DNA from: Nemertoderma westbladi
Taxonomy: Eukaryota > Animalia > Xenacoelomorpha
Length of the DNA: 64,000 bases
Direction: 5' to 3'
Assembly (NCBI GenBank): GCA_032718475.1
Contig: JAUCBJ010006005.1
Span: 9,664 to 73,663 of the forward strand
Made by a program: the position numbers and the translations under genes. Positions 1-13,000 of this stretch are shown here, one piece after another (position 1 is the stretch's first letter; every line of letters begins with the position of its first letter). Under the pieces are notes generated by a model that was not told the origin of the DNA, did no database searches, and was given only the letters and a program-made list of their open reading frames with translations.

Positions 1-326
1 AAGAGTTAATGTGATAAATAAACACCAAGGATGTATGAATGGCGGTGGTAAGCGATTTTGTCATCCATCTGTAACGCGTCACCGTTACAGTGCAGTGCGT
101 TACAGATAGGGCATGTTTCATCTGTAACGCATTATATAACCAGTTATCGATGCGTTACAGACTGTAGGTTTTCAGTCTTATATATATGACAGTCCTATCT
201 GTAACGGAGTGTCATCCAGAAATACAATAAGGCATCACTGACAATATTGAATGCCTACGCGATTGATACGTTATTCGTCTTCCTACTGACATCCTAACTG
301 CTCATGGTAATGTGGTAGTGTAAGAT

Positions 327-445
327 GGGTGAGTGTAAAACGCGGAACCGGATGCAAGATCCGGATCTGCACCCGGATTTTGAGGTTAAAACGCGGATCC
401 GGATGTTCATGAAATCCGGAAATGAGTGCAAAATGAGAATTCAAG
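327..445 (+). repeat. Degenerate left-end fragment of foldback family A
   Basis: GGGTGAGTGTAAAACGCGGAACCGG... resembles the termini at 3120 and 39080. Confidence 0.55.
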
Positions 446-1372
446 CTAATTTTCATTGTCCAGTGTTACTAGATCATTTAATAAAATGTGCTTCCTGCAA
501 AATATCGCTTTATTTCATTTAGAATTGTAGAAGATACATTTCCTACAAACAGTGTTTTTTTTAACATACAATATATTGTACAGACGGTCCTTTGCCCAAT
601 GTTTTGTTTTTCGTTTTCATGATTAGGAACTAACAGACGTATATAGATAGACTTCAATAAATTTGTATGTCTAATTTCATCTGACATGAAGCAATAAATA
701 AACAAAAGTAAAGAATCCAGTCACTGTTATCAGTGAGTCTTGTGTAACTTCAATGTAAGATTGACTCTAATGATTAAATACTCTAATGCGTATAAAAGGC
801 CTATATTTTACTATAAATTTCTAAATCATTGCCTTAACATCACTTACTGACTTACATGACGGACTTGTGCACTACTTAGATTATTGTGATAAGTTTAGTC
901 AGATCCGTTTATTGGATGAGGTAATGGACGTCTCTGAATCAGTTGCAGAGAAACGCCATGGAGCGGTTACATAAGTACAGAGAACAAATTGACCGCGCGG
1001 TTGTTATACAGAGTATTTTAAACAAGCATATAAAAAGCGGCGCGATAGAGAAAATTTAACACGAGATAAAAAAAAATCGTGAAAAACAAGATTATCGGTT
1101 ACACAGAAAAATGTTAATGAAAAACTTTCTCTATTTATTATTGGAAATCATGTGTATTTAAGTATAACCTACATATAATTTAGTAGATGCGATGGTTATG
1201 GGCAGATATCGCTGCTTGTTTACAAATGTTTGTCCAATATCTCCCTTTGAGCAGCGCGTCATGCTCTCCCTCTACTATCACAAGATTCGCCATGAAATTC
1301 TCAAACAATTTTTTCCGTCAATTTGTACCCCTTTTTGGCCACTTTTAAGTATATTGACCCAATTGTTTACTT

Positions 1373-4300
1373 GGGTGATTCTCATAAAATCTGTACCGTG
1401 TTGCGGACAGGACAAAGGTCAAAAAAAGTTTTCAGAAAGTTAAATATTCCCGTACTCAAATATTCTATTATAATGCTAGTGTGGTGTTTTAAAGTTTCCA
1501 AGCAATAGCACTTCTTGTTTTTAAAATACAGTATTTTAAATCTGGTCATCTGCCATTGTTGTGGATGGGACAAAGCCATGCCATTGTGCTGATAGATTAT
1601 GTTTGCAAAAAAGATACACTGATATTTTGAGTTAAGAAACTAACAACAATGTTTAAGCATTCATTTTGTTAAAAAATAAGAACCTTGTTGTTATAAAAAT
1701 ACGTAAAAAATCTGAAATTCTATAAGAATTCTTAAAAATTCTAAGAAATTCAGCAGCGTATCTTATGTGGACCCATCTCTATGGAAATAAGAAGCTAATA
1801 TATAAATTATCAACGTCACAGATAATTGTTTAACATGAACTACAATACCGCAGTGATACAACTTAATATTTAGTTGGTGTTTACGAAAAATCGTACTTCT
1901 GGTACATTATGAATGTTGCGGATGGGACATTATATACTTGTTTATCGAATATTGTGGGATTACGGGAAATTTAAAGCAACGCCAATTGGAGAGAAATATG
2001 GCAGCGACTGCTAACGACAAAAATTGGCTCTATGTTCATAACACAAACATCATTTTGCAATTTTCTAATGATTCAACTATGTCCCGCCCGCAACTTTCAT
2101 ACCAAATTAGTAAATACTTAAATAGATAATACTAAATACTAAAAAGTTTAGAAACAGTTAAAAGTTCAGTGGAACAGCTGAAAGTTGCATATTAATGTCC
2201 CCAATGTCATTTTGTTTGACAAAATGGACTGGACAATTGCCATCAAACTCTTACGTTTCTTCCTGAACTGCATTAGTTTCCAATAATTATATTATGGACT
2301 TTTCACATTCAGTCATTTGGCATTATGAAACGAATTATTGAGTCACTAATTTGGCATTGTGAAAGGTCAATCAAGGCTTGTAAAGTATAATACCGATGTT
2401 GTTGACGTACCAATATCTTGTGGATCGACATTGTTCACAATGTGGAGTTTTATTGTACAAAATAGACCTCAAGCACTATGTTTCTTTGAGACTGATAATA
2501 ATGTGGCTGAAGGATTTTTCAAGTTAAATTTAAATCAGTAACATGTTCCGATCAGAAATATTATGATAATATAAAACATATCATCTTACATTGGCTGTAT
2601 AAGTGAGTATCATACACCTAAATACGGATGGGACATCGGCATTTACTTGTCTGCCCGGGATTAACGGCCAATATATGTAAACTTTTTGTATTATTTATTA
2701 ATTAGTAGGGTTAATGTCTTACATAAAAAATATATATGGCCATTTGATAGTATCCAGGGCTTATAAGAAACGCCCGTTGTGGATGGGACAGGTTGTTTGT
2801 AATTTCAAACAAACGGTATAAATTTGAGTTATTTTTCAATAATACTTGGAGTATTGTGTCTAATTGCTAAAATACTGTGTGTATGTAATAATTGACCAAC
2901 TTTTGGCCCAAAAATACACGTTATAATACCATTCGTGTTCCCCTAAATGAAGAATGTTTCGGATGGGACATTTAGCATGACAATTTTTGTTGCACAGATA
3001 AAGCTAAAATCAAATCCTAAAAATAGACCAATCCTTATTTTTTTAACTTTAAAACGTAAGCTGGACATATACCACGTAATATTGAAGAGCTAATCTTTGA
3101 GCATATAATGTTCGTAAAAGGGTAGGTGTAAAACGCGGATCCGGATTCAGGATCCGGATACGGATCAGGACCCGGATTTGCGAGTGTAAAAGGCGGATCC
3201 GGATTTATATACAATCCGTAACTGAGTGTAATATGCGGATTCTGAAATACGCAATCCGTATTCCAGTGTAAAACGCGGATTCATATATTTTGTGAATCCG
3301 GAATGGAGTGTAAAACACGGATTTACGTTAATTACCAAGTTTTATTGGATCCGGAATGGAGTGTAAAACACGGATTTTCGTTAATTACCAAGTTTTGTTT
3401 GATCAGGAATGGAGTGTAAAACACGGATTTACGTTTAATTACAAAGTTTTATTGGATCCGGAATGGAGTGTAAAATACGGATTTACGTTAATTACCAAGT
3501 TTTATTGGAACCGGAATGGAGTGTAAAACACGGAATTACGTTAATTACCAAGTTTTATTGGATCCGGAATGGAGTGTAAAACACGGATTTACGTTAGTTA
3601 CCAAGTTTTATTGGATCCGGAATGGGGTGTAAAACGCGGATTTAAGTTAGTTTCCATCCGGAAAAGGGTGTAAAACGCGGATTCAAGTTAATTAGTAAGT
3701 TTTAATGAACAATTTGTAAAACGCATATATGTAATAAAGACCCAGACCCTCATCTAGTTACAATTATGTAATTACAATTTTGTAATTAACGAAAATCCGT
3801 GTTTTACACTCCATTCCGGATCCAACAAAACTTGGTAATTAACGAAAATCCGTGTTTTACACTCCATTCCGGATCCAATAAAACTTGGTAATTAACGAAA
3901 ATCCGTGTTTTACACTCCATTCCGGATCCAACAAAACTTGGTAGTTAACGAAAATCCGTATTTTACACTCCATTCCGGATCCAACAAAACTTGGTAATTA
4001 AAGAAAATCCGTGTTTTACACTCCATTCCGGATCCAACAAAACTTGGTAGTTAACGAAAATCCGTGTTTTACACTCCATTCCGGATCCAACAAACTTGGT
4101 AATTAAAGAAAATCCGTGTTTTGCACTCCATTCCGGATCCAACAAAACTTGGTAACTAACGTAAATCCGTGTTTTACACTCCATTCCGGATCCAATAAAA
4201 CTTGGTAATTAACGTAAATCCGTGTTTTACACTCCATTCCGATCCAATAAAAATTGGTAATTAACGTAAATCCGTGTTTTACACTCCATTCCCGATCCAA

Positions 4301-6808
4301 CAAAACTTGGTAATTAACGTAAATCCGTGTTTTACACTCCATTCCGGATCCAATAAAACTTGGTAATTAACGTAAATCCGTGTTTTACACTCCATTCCGG
4401 ATCCAATAAAACTTGGTAATTAACGTAAATCCGTGTTTTACACTCCATTCCGGATCCAATAAAACTTGGTAATTAACGTAAATCCGTGTTTTACACTCCA
4501 TTCCGGATCCAATAAAACTTGGTAATTAACGTAAATCCGTGTTTTACACTCCATTCCGGATCCAATAAAACTTGGTAATTTACGTAAATCCGTGTTTTAC
4601 ACTCCATTCCGGATCCAATAAAACTTGGTAATTAACGTAATTCCGTGTTTTACACTCCATTCCGGTTCCAATAAAAATTGGTAATTAACGTAAATCCGTG
4701 TTTTACACTCCATTCCGGATCCAACTAAACTAGGTAATTAACGTAAATCCGTGTTTTACACTCCATTCCGGATCCAATAAAACTTGGTAATTAACGTAAA
4801 TCCGTGTTTTACACTCCATTCCGGATCCAATAAAACTTGGTAATTAACGTAAATCCGTGTTTTACACTCCATTCCGGATCCAATAAAACTTGGTAATTAA
4901 CGTAAATCCGTGTTTTACACTCCATTCCGGATCCAATAAAACTTGGTAATTAACGTAAATCCGTGTTTTACACTCCATTCCGGATCCAATAAAACTTGGT
5001 AATTAACGTAAATCCGTGTTTTACACTCCATTAATTAACGTAAATCCGTGTTTTACACTCCATTCCGGATCCAATAAAACTTGGTAATTAACGTAAATCC
5101 GTGTTTTACACTCCATTCCGGTTCCAATAAAAATTGGTAATTAACGTAAATCCGTGTTTTACACTCCATTCCGGATCCAATAAAACTTGGTAATTAACGT
5201 AAATCCGTGTTTTACACTCGATTCCGGTTCCAATAAAAATTGGTAATTAACGTAAATCCGTGTTTTACACTCCATTCCGGATCCAACTAAACTAGGTAAT
5301 TAACGTAAATCCGTGTTTTACACTCCATTCCGGATCCAATAAAACTTGGTAATTAACGTAAATCCGTGTTTTACACTCCATTCCGGATCCAATAAAACTT
5401 GGTAATTAACGTAAATCCGTGTTTTACACTCCATTCCGGATCCAATAAAACTTGGTAATTAACGTAAATCCGTGTTTTACACTCCATTCCGGATCCAATA
5501 AAACTTGGTAATTAACGTAAATCCGTGTTTTACACTCCATTCCGGATCCAATAAAACTTGGTAATTAACGTAAATCCGTGTTTTACACTCCATTCCGGAT
5601 CCAATAAAACTTGGTAATTAACGTAAATCCGTGTTTTACACTCCATTAATTAACGTAAATCCGTGTTTTACACTCCATTAATTAACGTAAATCCGTGTTT
5701 TACACTCCATTCCGGATCCAATAAAACTTGGTAATTAACGTAAATCCGTGTTTTACACTCCATTCCGGATCCAATAAAACTTGGTAATTAACGTAAATCC
5801 GTGTTTTACACTCCATTCCGGATCCAACAAAACTTGGTAATTAACGTAAATCCGTGTTTTACACTCCATTCCGGATCCAATAAAACTTTGTATTTAACGT
5901 AAATCCGTGTTTTACACTCCATTCCGGATCCAATAAAACTTGGTAATTAACGTAACTCCGTGTTTTACACTCCATTCCGGATCCAATAAAACTTGGTAAT
6001 TAACGTAAATCCGTGTTTCACACTCCATTCCGGATCCAATAAAACTTAGTAATTAACGTAAATCCGTTTTTTACACTCCATTCCGGATCCAATAAAACTT
6101 GGTAATTAACGTAAATCCGTGTTTTACACTCCATTCCGGATCCAATAAAACTTGGTAATTAACTAGAAACCGCGTTTTACACCCCTTCCCGGATCCATTA
6201 ATGCATGGTAATTAACTTGAATCCGCGTTTTACACCACTTCCCGGATCCAATAACACTTTGTAATAAACCTGAATCCGTATTTTACACCCAATCCCGGAT
6301 TCAGTAGAAATATGAATCCGCGTTTTACACTCCGTTGAGGATTTAGCCTAAAACATGAATCCGCGCTTTACATTCCTTTCCGGATCTGAAAAAAAGGCCA
6401 ATCCGCATTTTACACTCGGTTACGGATTCGGTAAATTTAGCAGTGCGCGTATCCGCAGATTACACCCTAAAAATGTAAATTCAGTCGACTTCCATAGGGA
6501 CAATGTTAAATGATAGAATCCGGATCCTGATCCGGATCCGCGTTTTACTCTGACCCCATAAATTATAGAACTAACGTTGTTTATTTTTCACAAATGTTGT
6601 GGATGGGACACAATTTATTATTATTTTAACTTCAAGAGGTCATGACATATTTTTGAGGAAGCCTTTTTGTGGCACATGGGTGGTATATTATTGTAGAATA
6701 AAATGAGCCATTACTCTTATATCTATGATGGTAAGTATGAGAAATAAACGGCAATAAAATAGGCAAATGTCCCGTCCGCAACGCGGTACAGATTTGATGC
6801 TTAATCGC
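1373..6808. mobile_element. Non-autonomous TIR element B, interrupted by family A copy 1
   Basis: Imperfect inverted ends of about 40 bp: AAATCTGTACCGTGTTGCGGACAGGACA (about 1387) versus TGTCCCGTCCGCAACGCGGTACAGATTT (about 6768). GGATGGGACA is dispersed at 1563, 1920, 2626, 2781, 2961 and 6601. No clear TSD. Confidence 0.55.
3120..6556. mobile_element. Foldback element family A, copy 1 (inverted arms of a 53-bp tandem repeat; core largely deleted)
   Basis: Ends GGGTAGGTGTAAAACGCGGATCCGG and CCGGATCCGCGTTTTACTCTGACCC, the same as copy 2. About 6 units in the left arm and about 45 in the right arm (3785-6160). Confidence 0.85.
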
Positions 6809-6869
6809 GAGACCACTTAATGGTCTCGCGTAAATCAACTTGTAATTATTGCTATTCTGTTAAACTCAC

Positions 6870-7027
6870 AATTAGTTGATATGATATCTGAATAGCAGCT
6901 CCCATACTGCTTCTTGCATCAGTTTGGTTGGTAAATCTGTTCGGAAGTTCTCTCAGTAAATCTTGAACTAACGACAGACATTCCTTTATATTTACCAGCA
7001 CAGAATCGGGAGAAGGTATAAAAACAT
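6870..7027 (-). CDS. SEC24: SEC24A/B-like exon, trunk domain (DVFIPSPDSVLVNIKEC...SSMGAAIQISYQLI)
   Basis: Translated by hand. Acceptor TATTTTAG| and donor |GTGAGT; 158 nt, phase 1/0. The next exon was not found in 1-6869. Confidence 0.92.
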
Positions 7028-7418
7028 CTAAAATAATAACAATATTATGTATTTTTTATATTAGAACCCTTTTAAAAGGGTTAAAAATTAAAAGTTTTCA
7101 ACCCACAGGATTCTCACTCGCTCTACGAAATAAACTCGCTGTTGTCCGTCTATATGGATGGTGTTGTCACCTCACAAATAATTATTATAGCGCGCGAAGT
7201 GCTATAAATACGAGGAAGAGTATGATACAGGCAGACAGGGGTGAATTTCAACAATATATTTTGTTTTCAGGAGGGTCCGCGTGATTGTTGATTTTCATCC
7301 TTTCAACAATGCAGTGATGTGCTCGTGGTATTTACCGAAGATGAAAAATTTTCAAAATAACAACGTAGTACGCTGGAGGATTGTATTACTTTATTACTGT
7401 ATGTATATAACATTACTG

Positions 7419-9673
7419 TATGGTGGCCCAGAAGAGACAACTTAAAAAATATTTCATTTCGAGTAAAAAAAAACGACAAAAACGAATTATTCATGAATTT
7501 CTTGTTTTATATTTTACTACAAATAAAAAAAACGACAAAAACGAAATTTGGTTTCAAGTAAGGAAGGTTTTGAGAGGGAGATTTAAAACAGACTTTAGGC
7601 CTACATGCTTGTTTTGGTAAATCCAGAAATGGATATCTTAATTTCGGCGTATTATTACCTACGTTTTACTGTTAGAGATACAAGGGTGCTATTGAAATCG
7701 TAACATGGAATAACTATTAGCGATAGGACAATTAGACGACGTAGAGCTGATTTAAACCTTAGAAGCCGTTGTTACGAGCAGTCACTTCCTCGTGTATTAC
7801 GTGCGTTAGAATCGGAACTTATCGAATTTTCTGCAATTAATTGTGGGTATCGGACGATTCATCGACGCTTATGGAGTCGGCACTTTATAAACCTTCGCCG
7901 AGAAACTGTTAGAATACTTCTTAAACACATTGATCCGGCTGGTGTTAATGCTCGTTTATGGCAAACTCTACTACGTCGCTCACGTTATGGATCGGCGGAT
8001 CTCAATCATATACTGTTATACATTCTGTGCTATTATCATTGGAACATTAACATCGAGAAACACAAACTCTGTTATTTTCCCGACGGCCTTCGGCAGTGCC
8101 GGATTAACCGTAAGGCATATAAGGCACGTGCCTTAGGGCCAGCAGAAAATACGGGCCATTTTTTCTCAGCGAGTCATTCTTGTGAAAAAAATATTTTTAT
8201 CTGAAAAGTCTACATTTTTTCTCACTATAATGTATAGAAAACGAAAACAGAGCAAGAAAGTGCATCTTTCGACTACTTTCTATCCCTAAATTTCTGATAG
8301 AAAGTGCAAAATTCTAGCTCAGTCGACCGACAAGTGCTGTGTTATTAGTTCGAGTCCTGATGGCAGGGAAATAATAAAACATGGGCAGTAAAACTTTAAA
8401 GTGCTAATTATGAACAATGGAGAATTTAACTTTATTTATTTGTGGGGAATTATTTGTAGTTAAGCTCTTAAACTTTCTAGAACAACCCAATAATTACGTG
8501 GTGACATACTGGAAATACTGTACATAGTAAATGTATTGCGTGGAGATATGGTAGTGCGAAAATATTATTTTTTACCGGGAACGAGTTTTATAAATACATG
8601 TAGGCCCTAATAGATAAAAAAAGGATGAAATAGTTGTTGATAAAAAAAAAACGTGTCAGAAATAACTTCTTGACACAAATTCAATTCTCGTGTATTGAAT
8701 TTTGCACTCGATGGCCTTTTAGGTGCAATTCCTGCAAAACCTAAAAGTATAATTGGGCAGCATAATTGAATTTGGTAAATTAAATTAGTGACAAAAAGTA
8801 CTTATTTCCGATACTGTTCTCTATCGGAGAACATTTCTTTCTCAGCAAGTCCAAATCTACAGTAGATAAGAAATATTATATCTTTGCACTAAGCCCACAC
8901 TTTTGGTGTGTTATATATCTCAGCAAGTCCTGTAAAGATAAGTACCGTGCAAAACCTACCCTACAGAAAATAAATAACACATTCCCACGATCCGATCAAA
9001 ATTGCTAAATGCCTACAGGAGCCAGTCAGCCTTTACCCTTTAACGCCGGCTTAATAAAAATTTTCTGCATTGAAAACCGGCTATAGAAAAAAAAGAAAAT
9101 TTTTTTTTTAAATTTGTTAAAACCCTGGAAATTAAAAACTAAAAAAAATTTCAAAAATTTTTTTCAAAATTTTACCTTTAGTAGTAACTTCACTTCATAG
9201 TACAAAAATTTTTTTCAACATTTTTTTCAAAATTTTTTTTTTTAAATTTTTTTTTGAAGAAATTTTTGTACTAATGTAGGCAGGGTACTACTAAAGGTAA
9301 AATAAAAACAGATATTTGACTTCTATCACCACACCATTTTGGCCTAGTTTTACCGTGTTACAGTATTATTATAGGAAATGGAAATATTATAATATTATTA
9401 TTATTGTTAATATTATTATTATTGTTAATATTATTACTATTATATTATATTTTAATAGAGTAAGGTTATGTTATGCATGTGACAAATATTCCAGCATGGT
9501 GGATTGATTTATTAATTTAAAGAGCTTTACAAAACTTTGCAACATTACACATTCAACTGTGTTGAAATAAAAAAAACGACAAAAACAAGAAATTCATGAA
9601 TAATTCGTTTTTGTCGTTTTTTTTTTTACTCGAAATGAAATATTTTTTAAGTTGTCCCTTCTGGGCCACCATA
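7419..9673. mobile_element. Non-autonomous DNA transposon C, IS3EU-like termini
   Basis: TIRs of about 90 bp: TATGGTGGCCCAGAAG...CTTCTGGGCCACCATA. Flanked by TTACTG at 7413-7418 and 9674-9679; an alternative parse gives 8-bp ATTACTGT. Confidence 0.85.
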
Positions 9674-9788
9674 TTACTGTGTTTATTCCTTATTGTTAAA
9701 ATTTATTGGAATTATTTATATAGAAACTATATGAAATTCTAAGCTGCATTGCTGGTATTTAGTATCGGCTTATAAATCAAGCTCTTAC

Positions 9789-10020
9789 CATCAACATCGG
9801 GTACAACAACCATATGAGGTTTACTGAGTCCTTCGTGTAAATAGTGAAAGTGAACCGACGAATCGAATGTTATAATGGCAATACGTCGACGCGCGTCACC
9901 AGGCAGGTCTTCTAACTTATCCAATAGGACAGCAGTGGCGGAGGCGAGATAACCTGATTGGATGGCAGGTTGCGAGACGTCGAATAAGAATATATAGATT
10001 GCGGGTTGGGGAGGCCGGAG
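9789..10020 (-). CDS. SEC24: SEC24A/B-like exon, start of trunk (vWA-like) domain
   Basis: LRPPQPAIYIFLFDVS...LPGDARRRIAIITFDSSVHFH...MVVVPDVD; acceptor TTTCTATAG| and donor G|GTAAGA; 232 nt, phase 0/1. Confidence 0.95.
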
Positions 10021-10059
10021 CTATAGAAATACAAGTTAATAAACTTAGGGAGATGGACC

Positions 10060-13000
10060 TATTCATTCGTACGGCCTGGACAAGGCCTATTTGTACCTGG
10101 TCTATTCGTACACGGACGCTTCGTACTTGGACAATTTGTACCTGGTCTATTCGTACCCGGACACTTCGTACATGTACTATTTGTACCGGTCCATTCGTAC
10201 CCAGACACTTCGTACATGTACTATTTGTACCGGTCTATTCGTACACGGACGCTTCGTACTTGGACAATTTGTACCTGGTCTATTCGTACCCGGACACTTC
10301 GTACATGTACTATTTGTACCGGTCCATTCGTACCCAGACACTTCGTACATGTACTATTTGTACCGGTCTATTCGTACACGGACGCTTCGTACTTGGACAA
10401 TTTGTACCTGGTCTATTCGTACCCGGACACTTCGTACATGTACTATTTGTACCGGTCCATTCGTACCCAGACACTTCGTACATGTACTATTTGTACCTGG
10501 TCTATTCGTACCCGGACACTTCGTACCTGTACTATTTGTACCTGGTCTATTCGTACCCGGACACTTCGTACATGTACTATTTGTACCGGTCCATTCGTAC
10601 CCAGACACTTCGTACATGTACTATTTGTACCTGGTCTATTCGTACACGGACGCTTCGTACATGTACTATTTGTACCGGTCCATTCGTACCCAGACACTTC
10701 GTACATGTACTATTTGTACCTGGTCTATTCGTACACGGACGCTTCGTACTTGGACTATTTGTACCTGGTCTATTCGTACACGGACGCTTCGTACATGTAC
10801 TATTTGTACCGGTCCATTCGTACCCAGACACTTCGTACATGTACTATTTGTACCTGGTCTATTCGTACACGGACGCTTCGTACTTGGACTATTTGTACCT
10901 GGTCTATTCGTACCCAGACACTTCGTACATGTACTATTTGTACCGGTCCATTCGTACCCAGACACTTCGTACATGTACTATTTGTACCTGGTCTATTCGT
11001 ACACGGACGCTTCGTACTTGGACTATTTGTACCTGGTCTATTCGTACACGGACGCTTCGTACTTGGACTATTTGTACCGGTCCATTCGTACCCGGACGCT
11101 TCGTACATGTACTATTTGTACCTGGTCTATTCGTACCCAGACACTTCGCACCTAGACTATTTGTACCTGGTCTATTCGTACCCAGACACTTCGTACCTGT
11201 ACTATTTGTACCTGGTCTATTCGTACCCAGACACTTCGTACCTGTACTATTTGTACCTGGTCTATTCGTACCCAGACACTTCGTACCGAGACTATTTGTA
11301 CCTGGCCCATTCGTACCCAGACACTTCGTACATGTACTATTTGTACCTGGTCTATTCGTACACGGACGCTTCGTACTTGGACTATTTGTACCGGTCCATT
11401 CGTACCCGGACGCTTCGTACATGTACTATTTGTACCTGGTCTATTCGTACCCAGACACTTCGCACCTAGACTATTTGTACCTGGTCTATTCGTACCCAGA
11501 CACTTCGTACCTGTACTATTTGTACCTGGTCTATTCGTACCCAGACACTTCGTACCGAGACTATTTGTACCTGGCCCATTCGTACCCAGACACTTCGTAC
11601 ATGTACTATTTGTACCTGGTCTATTCGTACCCAGACACTTCGCACCTAGACTATTTGTACCTGGTCTATTCGTACCCAGACACTTCGCACCTAGACTATT
11701 TGTACCTGGTCTATTCGTACCCAGACACTTCGTACCTGTACTATTTGTACCTGGTCTATTCGTACCCAGACACTTCGCACCTAGACTATTTGTACCTGGT
11801 CTATTCGTACCCAGACACTTCGCACCTAGACTATTTGTACCTGGTCTATTCGTACCCAGACACTTCGCACCTAGACTATTTGTACCTGGTCTATTCGTAC
11901 CCAGACACTTCGTACCTGTACTATTTGTACCTGGTCTATTCGTACCCAGACACTTCGCACCTAGACTATTTGTACCTGGTCTATTCGTACCCAGACACTT
12001 CGCACCTAGACTATTTGTACCTGGTCTATTTGTACCCAGACACTTCGCACCTAGACTATTTGTACCTGGTCTATTTGTACACAGACACTTCGCACCTAGA
12101 CTATTTGTACCTGGTCTATTCGTACCCAGACACTTCGTACCTGTACTATTTGTACCTGGTCTATTCGTACCCAGACACTTCGCACCTAGACTATTTGTAC
12201 CTGGTCTATTCGTACCCAGACACTTCGTACCTGTACTATTTGTACCTGGTCTATTCGTACCCAGACACTTCGCACCTAGACTATTTGTACCTGGTCTATT
12301 CGTACCCAGACACTTCGTACCTGTACTATTTGTACCTGGTCTATTCGTACCCAGACACTTCGTACCTGTACTATTTGTACCTGGTCTATTCGTACCCAGA
12401 CACTTCGCACCTAGACTATTTGTACCTGGTCTATTCGTACCCAGACACTTCGTACCTGTACTATTTGTACCTGGTCTATTCGTACCCAGACACTTCGTAC
12501 CTGTACTATTTGTACCTGGTCTATTCGTACCCAGACACTTCGTACCTGTACTATTTGTACCTGGTCTATTCGTACCCAGACACTTCGCACCTAGACTATT
12601 TGTACCTGGTCTATTTGTACCCAGACACTTCGCACCTAGACTATTTGTACCTGGTCTATTTGTACACAGACACTTCGTACCTGTACTATTTGTAGCGGTC
12701 TATTCGTACCCAGACAGTTCGTACATGTACTATTTGTACCTGGTCTATTCGTACCCAGACACTTCGTACCTGTACTATTTGTACCTGGTCTATTCGTACC
12801 CAGACACTTCGTACCTGTACTATTTGTACCTGGTCTATTCGTACCCAGACACTTCGCACCTAGACTATTTGTACCTGGTCTATTCGTACACAGACACTTC
12901 GCACCTAGACTATTTGTACCTGGTCTATTCGTACCCAGACACTTCGCACCTAGACTATTTGTACCTGGTCTATTCGTACCCAGACACTTCGTACCTGTAC

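Noticed and set aside
1-1370. Next SEC24 exon or another gene; CTGTAACG/GTTACAG motifs at 68-210
   Set aside because: No SEC24-like peptide was found. The motifs suggest a repeat fragment, but its boundaries cannot be defined.
3295-6160. CRISPR-like regular repeats (also the 45-bp and 63-bp arrays)
   Set aside because: Head-to-tail units with no unique spacers, no cas genes and a eukaryotic context.
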